NCBI GenBank assembly: GCA_964016885.1
Contig: OZ024740.1
Span: forward strand, 177,134,001-177,198,000
From: Eledone cirrhosa
Taxonomy: Eukaryota
Reading direction: 5' to 3'
Length of the DNA stretch: 64,000 nt
Part shown: one piece after another, positions 1 to 12,302 of the stretch
How positions within the stretch are numbered: position 1 is the stretch's first letter
Layout of the letters: the number at the start of each line of letters is the position of its first letter
Position numbers and translations under genes: made by a program
Notes under the pieces: model-generated
Databases searched by the model: none
What the model was told of the DNA's origin: nothing
What the model saw: only the letters and a program-made list of their open reading frames with translations

Positions 1-29
1 TCAATAATATATGTAGTAATAATTATTTC

Positions 30-282
30 TATAATTGATCAGTCAGATCTGCATATTAGCAGATCCACTGATCAGCCAGATTTGCATATCAGCAGGCTGG
101 CCAGTCAGTTTCCTGTATACGAGCGATAAATGGCGGGCTTTGCCAAATTCAAATAAAAACACAAGAGCAAGAATGAAGTATTCATTCTACTGACATGGCT
201 ATAAAATTGAGCCTTGTTTGCAAAATTGCAAACGAATCGAATGTTATTATTAATGTTCGAAAAACTCAGATTACATTTATAT
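30..282. repeat. Dispersed repeat homologous to 2345-2705; first module in opposite orientation
   Basis: 158-280 matches 2584-2705 directly (aacacaagagcaagaatgaag...ctcagattacattta); 35-135 matches the reverse complement of 2350-2458. Confidence 0.75.
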
Positions 283-1743
283 ATATGAGATGTTACCAGT
301 CGGAGTTTAGCTTAAAGCTATCTCTGTTATTGTATTAAATATATATATATATATATACTATGTTACGGTATAAATACATATTTGATATGTATAATGATCA
401 TGTTTCTCAATAAATAAGCTAAATGGATCTTGGTTCAGAGCATTAATTATTCAAATTTAAAATTTATGTAGTGAGAGAAAGAACAATATATTGTGTGAGA
501 CACATAGTATTTTGTACAAAAATATAGTGTGTAAATAATATTCAGAAAAATAGACATAATTTCAGGCGGTAAAAAAGTAATTTCTTTCTTTACAGCGCTG
601 TTTTTTTAGACAAAATGAAGTAAAACTATCGATCTAAGTAATCAACTATCGATTATCAACTATCGATTTTTGTAAGGAAGACATAAAATCATCAGAGAAA
701 TTGACTTAATATACGTCCCACACTGTACAAAATACTTTTATATCTGTCGAGAGCATCGAGTATTTTCATTCTCTACTCCACATGGTGTCAAAAACGTTTA
801 ACGACCAGGGTATTTACATACAGGACTGGATGTTGAGGTGGCTAGAAAGAGCTCCAAAGTACCAGTCACGGTTGAAGCAACTCACCAAATTAATAAATTT
901 GATGTAGTTGTGTCCCGTATAAGAGGACACAGTAGAATTCTTCAGATCGAGGCATTGTAAACGGTCGTTCTACTTCACATGTATAGCTTGCTTGTTTGGA
1001 TGACTATAATTACCTTTGTACATTATGCAGGCGCATACTTACATATATGAATAATTGCAGGTAGAATTGTCCAAGCACAGGTGAACACTATATTGGTATT
1101 TGGCTACACATCTTTAAGTTAGTTTTACATCTTTTTACTTCCTTCTTTCGATAGATATATGTGCACGACAAATACAGGGGAGCAATAGAATCAAGCTAGT
1201 CTGAATCTGTTGTTTCAAAAACAATTGGGCTTTGTAAAGGTCGTACTAGGTTTCGTCAGCTTGTTGAATAAACAGTGTCGGTTGGTAGATTTGATCTGAC
1301 ACCCGGTTCTATACCACTTCCTAGACATTGAGTAAACTTTGCGGAGGCGATTCGGCGGCAATCATTCGAATCTCCAGTTGGGGACATATTCCTCTCTTAC
1401 ACTCTCTATCTCAGAAACCTGAAATTATTCATGGGCACTGTCTTTCCATCCGTCCTTAAACAGAAATGAGAAAAGATGTTTAAAAAGCCAGGTATCTATT
1501 TTAATAAACTGTGAAACACTCGATTAAAACTCTTAATGGATGTCCCCTGTGTGGCCTTAGATCTATGAGTGAGTTACAAATGGGTAAAATCAGAAATGTA
1601 AATAAAAATATAACGTAGATATAAAGATATATACAAAAATTTAGGAGAGCCCAACCTACCTCCCGAAATATTTAAGAGTTTGTTCAAATATATTAGAAGC
1701 TTTCTTCAGACACGCGAACAACTTAAAGAGGAGAAACTATGCG

Positions 1744-1827
<84 letters not shown>

Positions 1828-1889
1828 TGAATGAATATATATATATATATATACAAATATATATATATACAAGGATATATATATATATG

Positions 1890-2058
<169 letters not shown>

Positions 2059-2221
2059 CAGTGTGTGTGTGTGTGAGTCTTTAGTAAAGCGGGATAAAAC
2101 GTGTGGAACTGTCATTGGAACAAATACCTCGCCGTTGAAATCTTTACTATAACTACTGCTATCTCATCACTCTTCGATTACCTCTCTATTTTCTGTTTCT
2201 CGGGCCCGTGTATCCAAGACA

Positions 2222-2253
<32 letters not shown>

Positions 2254-2518
2254 TCACTCACTTACTTACACACTCGAATACCTATCTATCTACCTACCTA
2301 TCTATCTATATATATATAGTTTATATATATATCGGTTTTTGTCTCACACACGGCCATTTATCGCTCGTATGCAGGAAACTCTGACTGGCCAGTCTACTAA
2401 TATGCAGATATGACTGATCAGCCAGCCTGCTAATATCCAAATGAGGCTGATCAGTCACTGTGTATTTTACAAAATATATATTTTCACTAGTTCTGACAGT
2501 TGGCAGGTGAACAGTGAG

Positions 2519-2563
2519 CTGTACTGATGAAGGATATTTCCCCAGAAACATTAGTGTCAGCAG
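2519..2563 (+). ncRNA. Type I hammerhead ribozyme motif (degenerate) in PLE-like repeat
   Basis: ctgta-CTGATGA-aggatatttcccca-GAAACA-ttag-TGTC-agcag; core intact, stem III ACA/TGT, stem I imperfect. Confidence 0.6.
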
Positions 2564-3430
2564 TGCAGTTCTGCTTACATGCCAACACAAGAGCAAGAAT
2601 GAAGAGTTCATTCTACTGACATGGCTTTAAAAATTAGGCTTGTTTGCATAATTGCAAACGAATCGAATGTTATTATTAATATTCGAAAATCTCAGATTAC
2701 ATTTAATGTATTCAGCCATGTAGAGCGAAATATTAAAAAAAAAAAAAATTATTTTTATATATATCGCATGCCTATACACACGCATGTAGATTCACAAACA
2801 AATATATGTGCAAAGATAGATACAACCAAGACTAAATGGAAAATATTCGCACGGATACATGAGTACACGCGTGCAGGCAAATACAAGCGCATAAGTGGTA
2901 TATTTTTACAGGGGTTCTGATGGGCGTAGGCGGACATCATTGCTGTATCAGATTCCTACGTTATATGTTATACTGTTAGGCAAATATGTTATAGCGTTAC
3001 GCAAAGATGGTCGGTTGTGGATTTATGTGGATAGGTATATCTTGTTGCGCGGAGTGGGTGACCGAATCCGTGCATACATTTGGGTATAATGTGAACAGTG
3101 GTAAACATTTAACTTATGTATGACATGAACAGAGAGGTAATCATATAGGTAAAGTGTCGAAGGTAAAAACAAAACAATGGTGGAAAAAAGTGGGGCCAGG
3201 GTTTCTTTGAAGAGGGGAGCAGCTATATCAACGGGAATAGCCTCTGTCTGTTCATTGGTTTTGGCAGTTCGGCAGGCAGAACGTTTCTAGTATTCAGTTC
3301 GACATAGGGCCATCAGGTTACATACTGGTGCGAAGGGGAGTGTAGGTTCTCACTTATATCGCTCAATTCATTGAAATATCGATATGACTGAAGGATTCAA
3401 AGTTTTGTCTCATGTACGTCCATTATTTGT

Positions 3431-3620
3431 TGGATTGGCAGTATCGGTAGAGGGTCGGCCGCCATGCTTTGACGCATGGAGTTACGACGGCCCTTGCCAT
3501 TCTGAGTTCAAATTCCGCCGAGGTTAACTTTGCCTTTCATCCTTACGGGGTCGTTAAAATAAAGTACCAGTAATGCACTGGGTAATTGCTGGCCTTGTAC
3601 CAAAAGTAGAAACAATTATT
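3431..3620 (+). mobile_element. tRNA-derived SINE with MetaSINE-like core
   Basis: A box TGGCAGTATCGG, B box GAGTTCAAATTCC, core gcctttcatccttacggggtcg, ATT tail, flanked by repeated attatttgtt. Confidence 0.9.
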
Positions 3621-3924
3621 TGTTAAATTATTTGTTAGATTAATGTATAATTATGGTACTAATTGCGTAAACTGGCTCACATCTGTATGCGTTTGCGCAC
3701 ATATTTAGTGGTACTGGAATGGGTTGTAGTGTCTCATGAAGGGCAGTGCGCATATAGGGGTAGGCGTGCCTTAATAAGCTTATGAACTTGTTTAGTTAAT
3801 TTACTGGTTTATATGGAGTCCGCCTGGACCTCTCGGTGGTTCTCTGTGCTCAGACTGGGATGTGAAGTGTAATGCATGATAGTTGTGGGGTTGGCTTACT
3901 GAAGTTATGCTATTTCACATTCTC

Positions 3925-3960
3925 TCTACTGAGAAGGAATAGCATCCGAAACGTTGTCTC
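3925..3960 (+). ncRNA. Degenerate hammerhead-like motif at end of probable PLE relic
   Basis: CTGAGAA-GGA atagca TCC-GAAAC-gttgtc; core altered, no clear stem I. Confidence 0.35.
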
Positions 3961-4040
3961 TTTTCCTACAATACTAAGTATTAAACTAATATATTTCTTC
4001 ATTGTACTGTATTGTTTGCTTTGTTTACCCGTTTACTTTT

Positions 4041-4092
<52 letters not shown>

Positions 4093-5416
4093 AGTAACAA
4101 GACTCACTATTTAGCCTTAACAAAATGAATATATATACGATACGTATATACATACATACGTATGTGTGTGTTATGACTGTATGCGCGCGCTAATATAACT
4201 GTTATTACTAACCACCATTTCCTCCAGGTAGCTGCATGTGTATATGAGCATATTGTTTGTACATGTACGTTTGTAATAGTTTGTTCCTGTGTGGGGGTGC
4301 TTGTAAGCTTCAAAGACAAGCGATGCACCAGAGCGTAAAACACTCGACACACTATCTTATTTACGCATCAATAACGCCAGCGATGATTTACAACAGATCA
4401 CCACCTTATTTTTAATACCACTCACTCGGAGTGCCTTTTTTTATATTCTGTATTGAAATGAAATTTTAAAAAAGAAAAATATATCTGTATTTCCCATGGG
4501 AAGAGACCTTAACTGTAGTGAAATGAAGGTGTATTTGTTAATACTCATGTCATTTTAGATTTATGGCTCTCACCTATGTAGGTTTAACTAGCTTCTAACG
4601 AGGCTGCATCGCATGAGAGGATTCTTGGGTGTTTTAATGACGGGGAGTGGGGCACATGCGTATTAATGAAAGCAATGTGAAATAAAATATCTTACTCAAA
4701 AACACAACGAGACGTCCAGTACAGGAATTGAAACCATTACTGAATCTAATCACTAGATCAGAAATTTCCACATAATATTCCACGAACCCTAAGCCAAATA
4801 GGAAAAAAAAAATTACTTTTCAACTACGCGGCGCTCTACCTGCTAGAAATTGCAGTACATTTTCCATCTAATCATACGCTAAGCGTTATATGTATAAATA
4901 AATAAAAACACGTGTGTTGTGTGTAGACATGTACACATATATTTATGTAAATGTATGTTTATATTGACAGCTGATCAAGAGTTGTTTGATCCCAAAATGT
5001 CCACCTACTTTGTGTGGTCTCTGTACCAAACTATCTCCCGTATTTGATCGTTTCTGTACTTCTGTGTTTTTACCTTGTTTGTTACCAATTCTGCAATTAG
5101 TTATCCTGGAGATGTGATACAGTCCCATCCACTAGTTCGTGAAGTTGTTTACAACTATTACTGCTGTTACACCTACAATTACTACAGTGAACATACTCTA
5201 TCATAAAGATCTTCTTGTTCTATGTTACACAAAGTTCATTTTAACTATCACTTTGTCTTTGTCATATTCCTTCATGTAAGTTTTTTTTTTAATTTACATT
5301 TTCCGATCTTCTGCAAGACATGTTTACTCTATCGTTCCTGTCTGCGTTCTTGCACCTCTTTACGTTTCGTTTCTCGCCATTTAAAATACTAAAAAATTTT
5401 TTCCATACGCTGACGC

Positions 5417-5466
<50 letters not shown>

Positions 5467-5467
5467 G

Positions 5468-5510
<43 letters not shown>

Positions 5511-5624
5511 ATATGCATACATTTATATGTATGAGTATATAAATATAAACGTGCAAGCACAGACACGCTCCCCCTTCTTTCCTTTTACACACACATACAT
5601 TCACGCAGGCAGCAGACGTAAAGA

Positions 5625-5710
<86 letters not shown>

Positions 5711-6403
5711 TAGTATGAGGTAGTCAAACTATTCCTCTCTCTTTATGTGTTGTGACAGAATCGTAGAAATGTATATATAGATTACAGGACACTGTTTAAC
5801 TATCTTATTAGATATTGTGACCCCAAATGGACCAGCAGTGTTTTCAGCAGGGATTGAAACTGGGGATCCATTTCAGAAATTAATTTATCCAATCCACGTC
5901 GACTATGTACCATTCTAGGTGTGTAGTTTGAGTGGAAGCTAGAGGTGATAGGTAGATAGGTAAGCAAATAGCTGCATAGATAGGTAGATAGATGTAATAA
6001 CTGTGGTTAAAAGTAAAATGTCGTATGGCTCTCTAACAGATATCTTTCTTTATTGTTTATTTATAATCATAGAATTGGCCAGAGGAAAAATATGGCAAAT
6101 AGGTGAATATCAGAACTTTAAAAAAAAAGGAGACGTGAGTGATGTTAGAATTGTTGATCAGGGAGTGCCATAAAAACTTTTTCTGGAGACAAAATATTAG
6201 GATGAGGTTAAGTGTTTGGGTGTAATAGGAAACATGTAAAGGAGATATTGATAGACCTGCAGTCTGGTCGAAGGCAAACGGACTGATTTGAAGAATTGGG
6301 ATAGCGAATTAATGACTAGTATGTGAAGGTTTAGTGAGAAAGGATGAGTTGCTCTTCCTTCTAGAGGCGCGAATCCAGAGGTTTCGGTGCTGGAAACTTT
6401 GTA

Positions 6404-6460
6404 TTTTATCTGATGAGGGCGTTACAAAATTTTGGTACCTTTGAAATATATATAATAGAA
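6404..6460 (+). ncRNA. Type I hammerhead ribozyme motif (family A)
   Basis: ttttat-CTGATGA-stem II-GAA-ATATATAT-A-atagaa; same family as 9230-9286 and 56480-56540. Confidence 0.7.
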
Positions 6461-6501
6461 TAAATATGGTTTTATAAATATAGTTTCCATGTATTTAATA
6501 T

Positions 6502-6558
<57 letters not shown>

Positions 6559-6819
6559 TATGTATATATATACAGAGAGAGAGAGAGAGAGAGACACGCA
6601 CACACATATATATATATAAGTATGTATATGTATATACATATATGTATACAGACGTACAGTAGTATGTATATATACATACATGCGCACATATATATATGTA
6701 CGTATTGATTTACCGAACATTTATTATAATGCTCGGTGTGTTTGTAAACAAACATCCCGAATTAAGCCGTACAGTGTTTAGCAACGATCGTTGCCCTTTT
6801 GTTAAACACTGACAAAGGA

Positions 6820-6862
6820 ACGCTGAACTAGTTTCAAGCTTATTAGCTATCGTCAGCATCGT
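6820..6862 (-). ncRNA. Type I hammerhead ribozyme (family B, GUU site)
   Basis: reverse complement: acgatg-CTGACGA-tagctaataagctt-GAAAC-ta-GTT-cagcgt. Confidence 0.75.
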
Positions 6863-7173
6863 ATACCTTCCTGCCAGGTGATTATATATATATATATATA
6901 TATAAACGGAAAAAAATGAAGCAAAATTTCATTTCCCACTCTTAGTACGGCTGTTACTTAAATATAAGTATGTATATGTACATACATATATGTATACAGA
7001 CGTACAGTAGTATGTATACATATATACATACATGCACACATATATATATGTACGTATGGATTCACCGAACATTTATTATAATGCTCTGTGTGTTTGTAAA
7101 AAAACAAACATCCCGTATAAAGCCGCAGTGTCTAGCAACCACCGTTGCTCGTTTGTTCAACGCTGACAAAGGA

Positions 7174-7216
7174 ACGCTGTACTAGTTTCAAGCTTGTTAG
7201 CTATCGTCAGCAACGT
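7174..7216 (-). ncRNA. Type I hammerhead ribozyme (family B, intact)
   Basis: reverse complement: acgttg-CTGACGA-tAGCTaacaAGCTt-GAAAC-ta-GTA-cagcgt; 6-bp stem I, palindromic stem III ACTAGT. Confidence 0.9.
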
Positions 7217-7781
7217 ATACCTTCCTGCCAGATTGTTGAACGTCCGAAAGTATATACTTTCCTTATGCATTTTAACGGCTGAGTAGCCCAATTTGCATAT
7301 CGAGTGGGTTAATCGGTCGGGTGCACCGAAAACGATAAACGGAAAAAATGAAACGATAGCTAACAAACTTGAAACTAGTACAGCGTTCCTTTGTCAGTGT
7401 TGAACAAACGAGCAACGGTGGTTGCTAGACACTACGGCTTTATACGGGATGTTTGTTTACAAACACACCGAGCATTATAATAAATGTTTGGTGAATCCAT
7501 ACGTACATATATATATATATATATATATGTGCATGTATGTATATATGTATACATACTACTGTACGTCTGTATACATATATGTATGTACGTGTACATACTT
7601 ATATTTAAGTAACAGCCGTACTAAGAGTGGGAAATGAAATTTCGTTTCATTTTTTCCGTTTATCGTGTTCAGTGCACCCGGCCGATTAACCCACTCGATA
7701 TGCAAATTGGGCTACTCAGCCGTTAATATGCATAAGGAAAGTATATACTTTCGGATGTTCAACAATCTGGCAGGAAGGTAT

Positions 7782-7824
7782 ACGTTGCTGACGATAGTTA
7801 ACAAGCTTGAAACTAGTACAGCGT
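7782..7824 (+). ncRNA. Type I hammerhead ribozyme (family B, intact)
   Basis: acgttg-CTGACGA-tagttaacaagctt-GAAAC-ta-GTA-cagcgt; predicted cleavage after 7818. Confidence 0.9.
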
Positions 7825-8047
7825 TCCTTTGTCAGTGTTGAACAAATGAGCAACGGTGGTTGCTAGACACTGCGTTTTATACGGGATGTTTGTTTACAAA
7901 CACACCGAGCATTATAATAAATGTTTGGTGAATCCATACGTACATATATATATGTGTGCATGTATGTATATATGTATACATACTACTGTACGTCTGTATA
8001 CATATATGTATGTACGTATACATACTTATATATATATATATATATAT

Positions 8048-8150
<103 letters not shown>

Positions 8151-8514
8151 GACAGACACTGATATAAACATACAGATAGATGCATAAATAGAGAGTTTAC
8201 TGCTGCTAAGTAAATTTCTTCGATGAGTAGCAATGAGAAAAAATAGACACAAAAGTTACACATTGTAGATAAACACAGAAAACAGGCATGACAAAAGAAA
8301 ATCTTTGGTAGAGCATTTTTCAGACCTACTGAATCGAAGTAAGGGAGTTAATCATGCATGAACAATTAACACCCATTAGCTATTCAGATGAATTAAGCAA
8401 CATTATAGTAGTTTAGTATCTAAGTTTGGGAAAAATCAAATAAATAAGGAAAGCAAATATCCCCCTTTCTATTATTTTATTTCTTTTATCATTTCCACAC
8501 ATACACACACAACA

Positions 8515-8567
<53 letters not shown>

Positions 8568-8571
8568 TTAC

Positions 8572-8623
<52 letters not shown>

Positions 8624-8801
8624 CAAATATATATGTATACACACACATATATATATATATATACATATGATATACATCATATATATAAATGTGTGTGCGT
8701 GTGTGTGTGTAAAAATGTCCATGCACCTGTATGTTTATGCGCGTTTGATACAACCATATATTTAATTCTTATTGTGTTATATGTATGTGTGTGCGTGTAT
8801 A

Positions 8802-9045
<244 letters not shown>

Positions 9046-9046
9046 A

Positions 9047-9086
<40 letters not shown>

Positions 9087-9089
<3 letters not shown>

Positions 9090-9393
9090 AGCAAAAGGGA
9101 TATTTAATTTGTTGGTAATTCAACAAATATATATGTTTATACCTGATTCGAAGCACTCGACATATTTTCTGGAGTATATTATCGATGATATAAAAATAAA
9201 TGGAAACTATATTTATAAAACCATATTTATTCTATTATATATATTTCAAGGGTACCAAAACTTTGGTACGCACTCATCAGATAAAATACAAAGTTTGTTT
9301 TATAAATAGTGACATGTCCAGGAAGAAGATCTTAACGGTTCAAGTTTTTCAGGAAAAACCCGAACCGTTAAGATCTTCTTCCTGGATATGTCA

Positions 9394-9395
<2 letters not shown>
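9087..9395 (-). mobile_element. Family A hammerhead element with 5' fold-back hairpin, inserted in (TA)n
   Basis: HHR at 9230-9286; palindrome 9310-9393 with 41-bp arms and AG loop; homologous to 56405-56673. Confidence 0.8.
9230..9286 (-). ncRNA. Type I hammerhead ribozyme (family A)
   Basis: reverse complement: ttttat-CTGATGA-gtgcGTACCAAAgtTTTGGTACcctt-GAA-ATATATAT-A-atagaa. Confidence 0.8.
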
Positions 9396-9486
<91 letters not shown>

Positions 9487-9629
9487 TTTATCCCGGGTTC
9501 AATCGGGGGTAACCACAGTAAGTAAGGTACTCAATACAAAGCAGAGTATATATATTTAATATAGATAGACTTGTACAGGACTAGAACTGTTTCATTCGTA
9601 GACGTTACAATACAATAGGAGGCAGCATA

Positions 9630-9678
9630 ATAGTACCACTGATGATGTTGCAGATGTGCAACGAAAGAACGTTACTAT
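9630..9678 (+). ncRNA. Hammerhead-like motif
   Basis: CTGATGA-t-GTTGCA gatg TGCAAC-GAAAG-aacgtta-ctat; strong stem II, stems I and III irregular. Confidence 0.5.
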
Positions 9679-10140
9679 ATTTATATCAGTATTTTTAACC
9701 GCTGGTCAATCAATGATAAACATTGATTGCCAAATAAATTAACGGTGGAGATATAAAAGATACAGAAGTGAAAACCAACCAAACAGTGAGTGTCTTCTGT
9801 TATTATTTCTGGCAATATTACAACTATATGACCCTCCCCAAGTATAACAATATATAGTATAACGTTTTTTAATTTGTTTTGCAAGATTTCTTATTTGAAA
9901 ACGTGTTAAAATAGATATTGTTCACTTCAGTTTATCATAAGTTTCCGGGTGGTTGGTTGGTTCGATAACCGGAAGGTTGTTTATATATTGTCAAAGCTCT
10001 TTCGTCACGCATTCTGTGACCTCCTCAGTGACTAGGTTTTTATTTTGTTTCTCTGCTTTGATCTGTCCTACACCATCTTGTTTTTGTATGTTGTGTGTTG
10101 CGTGGTTAGTTTGCGCATGTGTGCGTGTGCGTGCGTGCGT

Positions 10141-10234
<94 letters not shown>

Positions 10235-10260
10235 GTGCGTGTGTGTGTGTGTGTGTGTGC

Positions 10261-10292
<32 letters not shown>

Positions 10293-10574
10293 TTATTTAT
10301 TTATGTGTTTATTTATCTGTCACTAGCTGGTTGTTTGTTCTAACTGTGTGTCTGATTTGTTTTGTTAGTTTGGTTTTTGTGTGTTGTTTTAACAGAAAAC
10401 ATGAGTGGAATAGCAACATCACAACTGGTAATTAAGGACAAAGTGCAAACATACAGATGTAAATAAACCATATATAATAATAAAGATTTAGTCAATATTG
10501 ATATTATTATTGGCGATGGATTTGCAGAATTGCTACAGTGTCGCACGAAACCTTTGCAATATTTCTACCAATTC

Positions 10575-11450
10575 TTTAAATCCTGAGTCAATACCCGCCA
10601 AATCCATCCAACTTTGCCTTTGATCATTCTAGGGTCGATAAAATAAAGTACTTGTCAATTGCTGGAGTTAATTTAATCAACTTTGCTGGCCTTGTGCATA
10701 AATTAGAAACTGGGTGGTGGATTGGGAGAATCGTTAGAGCATCGCATAATATAATTTGTGGCAATTATTCCGGCTCTTTACATTCTGTGTTCAAATTCCA
10801 CAGAGATCAACTTTGCCTTTCGTCCTTCCAGGCTCGATAAAAAAAAGTAGCAGCCAAATCCAGGGTTGATACAATATGCGTCACACATCCCCACAAATTA
10901 CAGGCCTTGTGCCTAGATTAGGAAAAATAAGCAAAATCCTTTCACCGTCAGACAAAATGTTTTGCACCTGAAGACGTTGAAATACCATTGAATACTGAAG
11001 TCGATTGAATCGCTTCCCCCTTCCACAAAATGCTGGCTTTTTTGTCTAAATTAGAAATCATTGGTGGATTGGCAGTATCGGTAGAAGGTCGGACACCATG
11101 CATTGCAGCAAAGAGTTACGGCCCTTTATGGTCTGAGTTCAAATCCCGCCGAGGTTAACTTTGCCTTTCATCCTTACGGGGTCGATAAAATAAAGTACCA
11201 GTAATACACTGGGATAATTGCTGGCCTGTGCCAAAAGTAGAAACAATTATTAAATAAAGAAATTATTGGGGGTGGTTTGGCTAAATCGTTAGACTGTGGT
11301 ATTTGTTCCGGCTCTTTAAATCCTGAATCAAAATTCATCAAATCCTTCCGGGTTCGATAAAATAAAGTACCAGGCCAGGACTGGTGTCAGTTTAACAAAC
11401 TTTCTTCTCCCTTCAAATTGCTAGCCTTGTGCCAAATTTTAAACTATTAA
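10575..11450 (+). mobile_element. Cluster of 4-5 tRNA/Meta-core SINE copies of differing divergence
   Basis: Repeated aactttgcctt...gtcgataaaataaagtac modules; best copy 11063-11250. Confidence 0.85.
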
Positions 11451-11889
11451 TATTATTAAAAAAATTTTTTTTACATTTAAATTATTCAATTTATACTATT
11501 CATGCGATACCCTTCATTTATTTATGTATTTATTCATTTACTTGCATTTGTTTGATTAATAGCGTGTAACGTAAACCTCGTGAGAGGTTTGTATCAGGTA
11601 AGTAGAAAGCAAAGTATATTATCTAGAGATTTACATCTAGTGTCTGCTTGTCAGCTTACCGGCTTGTGGCTCGTCAGCTCAGCATTAAAAAATAGGCTAA
11701 AAAGTAGAAAAAATATTATAAAAGCCCCCCCCCCCCCCACACACACACACACACCCCCGTTGATTGGGTGTGGTGGGTGAGGTTGGTGTAGTGATGTTTT
11801 AAGGAAATAAACTCAGAATAAATAAATGACTACATAGAGCGAAAGCAACGCCCCAATATATATATATATATACATACACACACACACAC

Positions 11890-11921
<32 letters not shown>

Positions 11922-12101
11922 TTATTTGATATTCATTGTTATGTTAGCATGTACCCATTACATCTATCGCTGATGTCAACATTGTTGACGTCATCGCAAC
12001 CACTAACAGAACAATCACTACCAGCATTTCCACACCTACTAACTGATACCTTTTTGTTGTTGTTGCTGTTCTCTTCCTCTTCCTCTTCTTCTTCTTCTTC
12101 T

Positions 12102-12302
12102 TTGGCAGTATCGCTAGAGCGTCGGACAATATGCGTTACGGCATAGAGTTACGGCCCTTTCCGTTCTAAGTTCAAATCCCGCTGAGATTAACCTTGCCTT
12201 TCATCCTTACGGGTTCGATAAAATAAAACACCAGTAATGAACAGGAGTCGATTTAATCGACTTTTCCCTCCCCCAGAATTGCTGGCCTATTATTATTATT
12301 AT
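12102..12302 (+). mobile_element. tRNA/Meta-core SINE
   Basis: tggcagtatcg head, gttcaaatccc B box, core, (ATT)n tail. Confidence 0.85.

Larger units (their letters stand above)
6616..8030. mobile_element. Non-coding hammerhead retroelement (retrozyme or non-autonomous PLE-like): ~438-bp unit in partial tandems arranged head-to-head, both outer ends in (TA)n
   Basis: gaaactagta recurs at 7371 and 7809; 6616-7356 is the reverse complement of the same unit; both termini read catactta(TA)n. Confidence 0.85.

Noticed and set aside
780-1400. Possible GIY-YIG (CPSTGEHYIG) or RTE (VLLYG) remnants
   Set aside because: Short motifs on opposite strands with no supporting context; could be chance
1640-1715. 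CTGAAGA on the minus strand as a hammerhead
   Set aside because: No intact GAAA or stem I; too decayed to call
3431-3520. tRNA gene from A and B boxes
   Set aside because: Head of a multicopy SINE; no full cloverleaf seen
5812-5918. AG/GT-bounded segment with an in-frame TGA (possible selenoprotein exon)
   Set aside because: Weak acceptor, stops in all frames, no recognisable homology or SECIS
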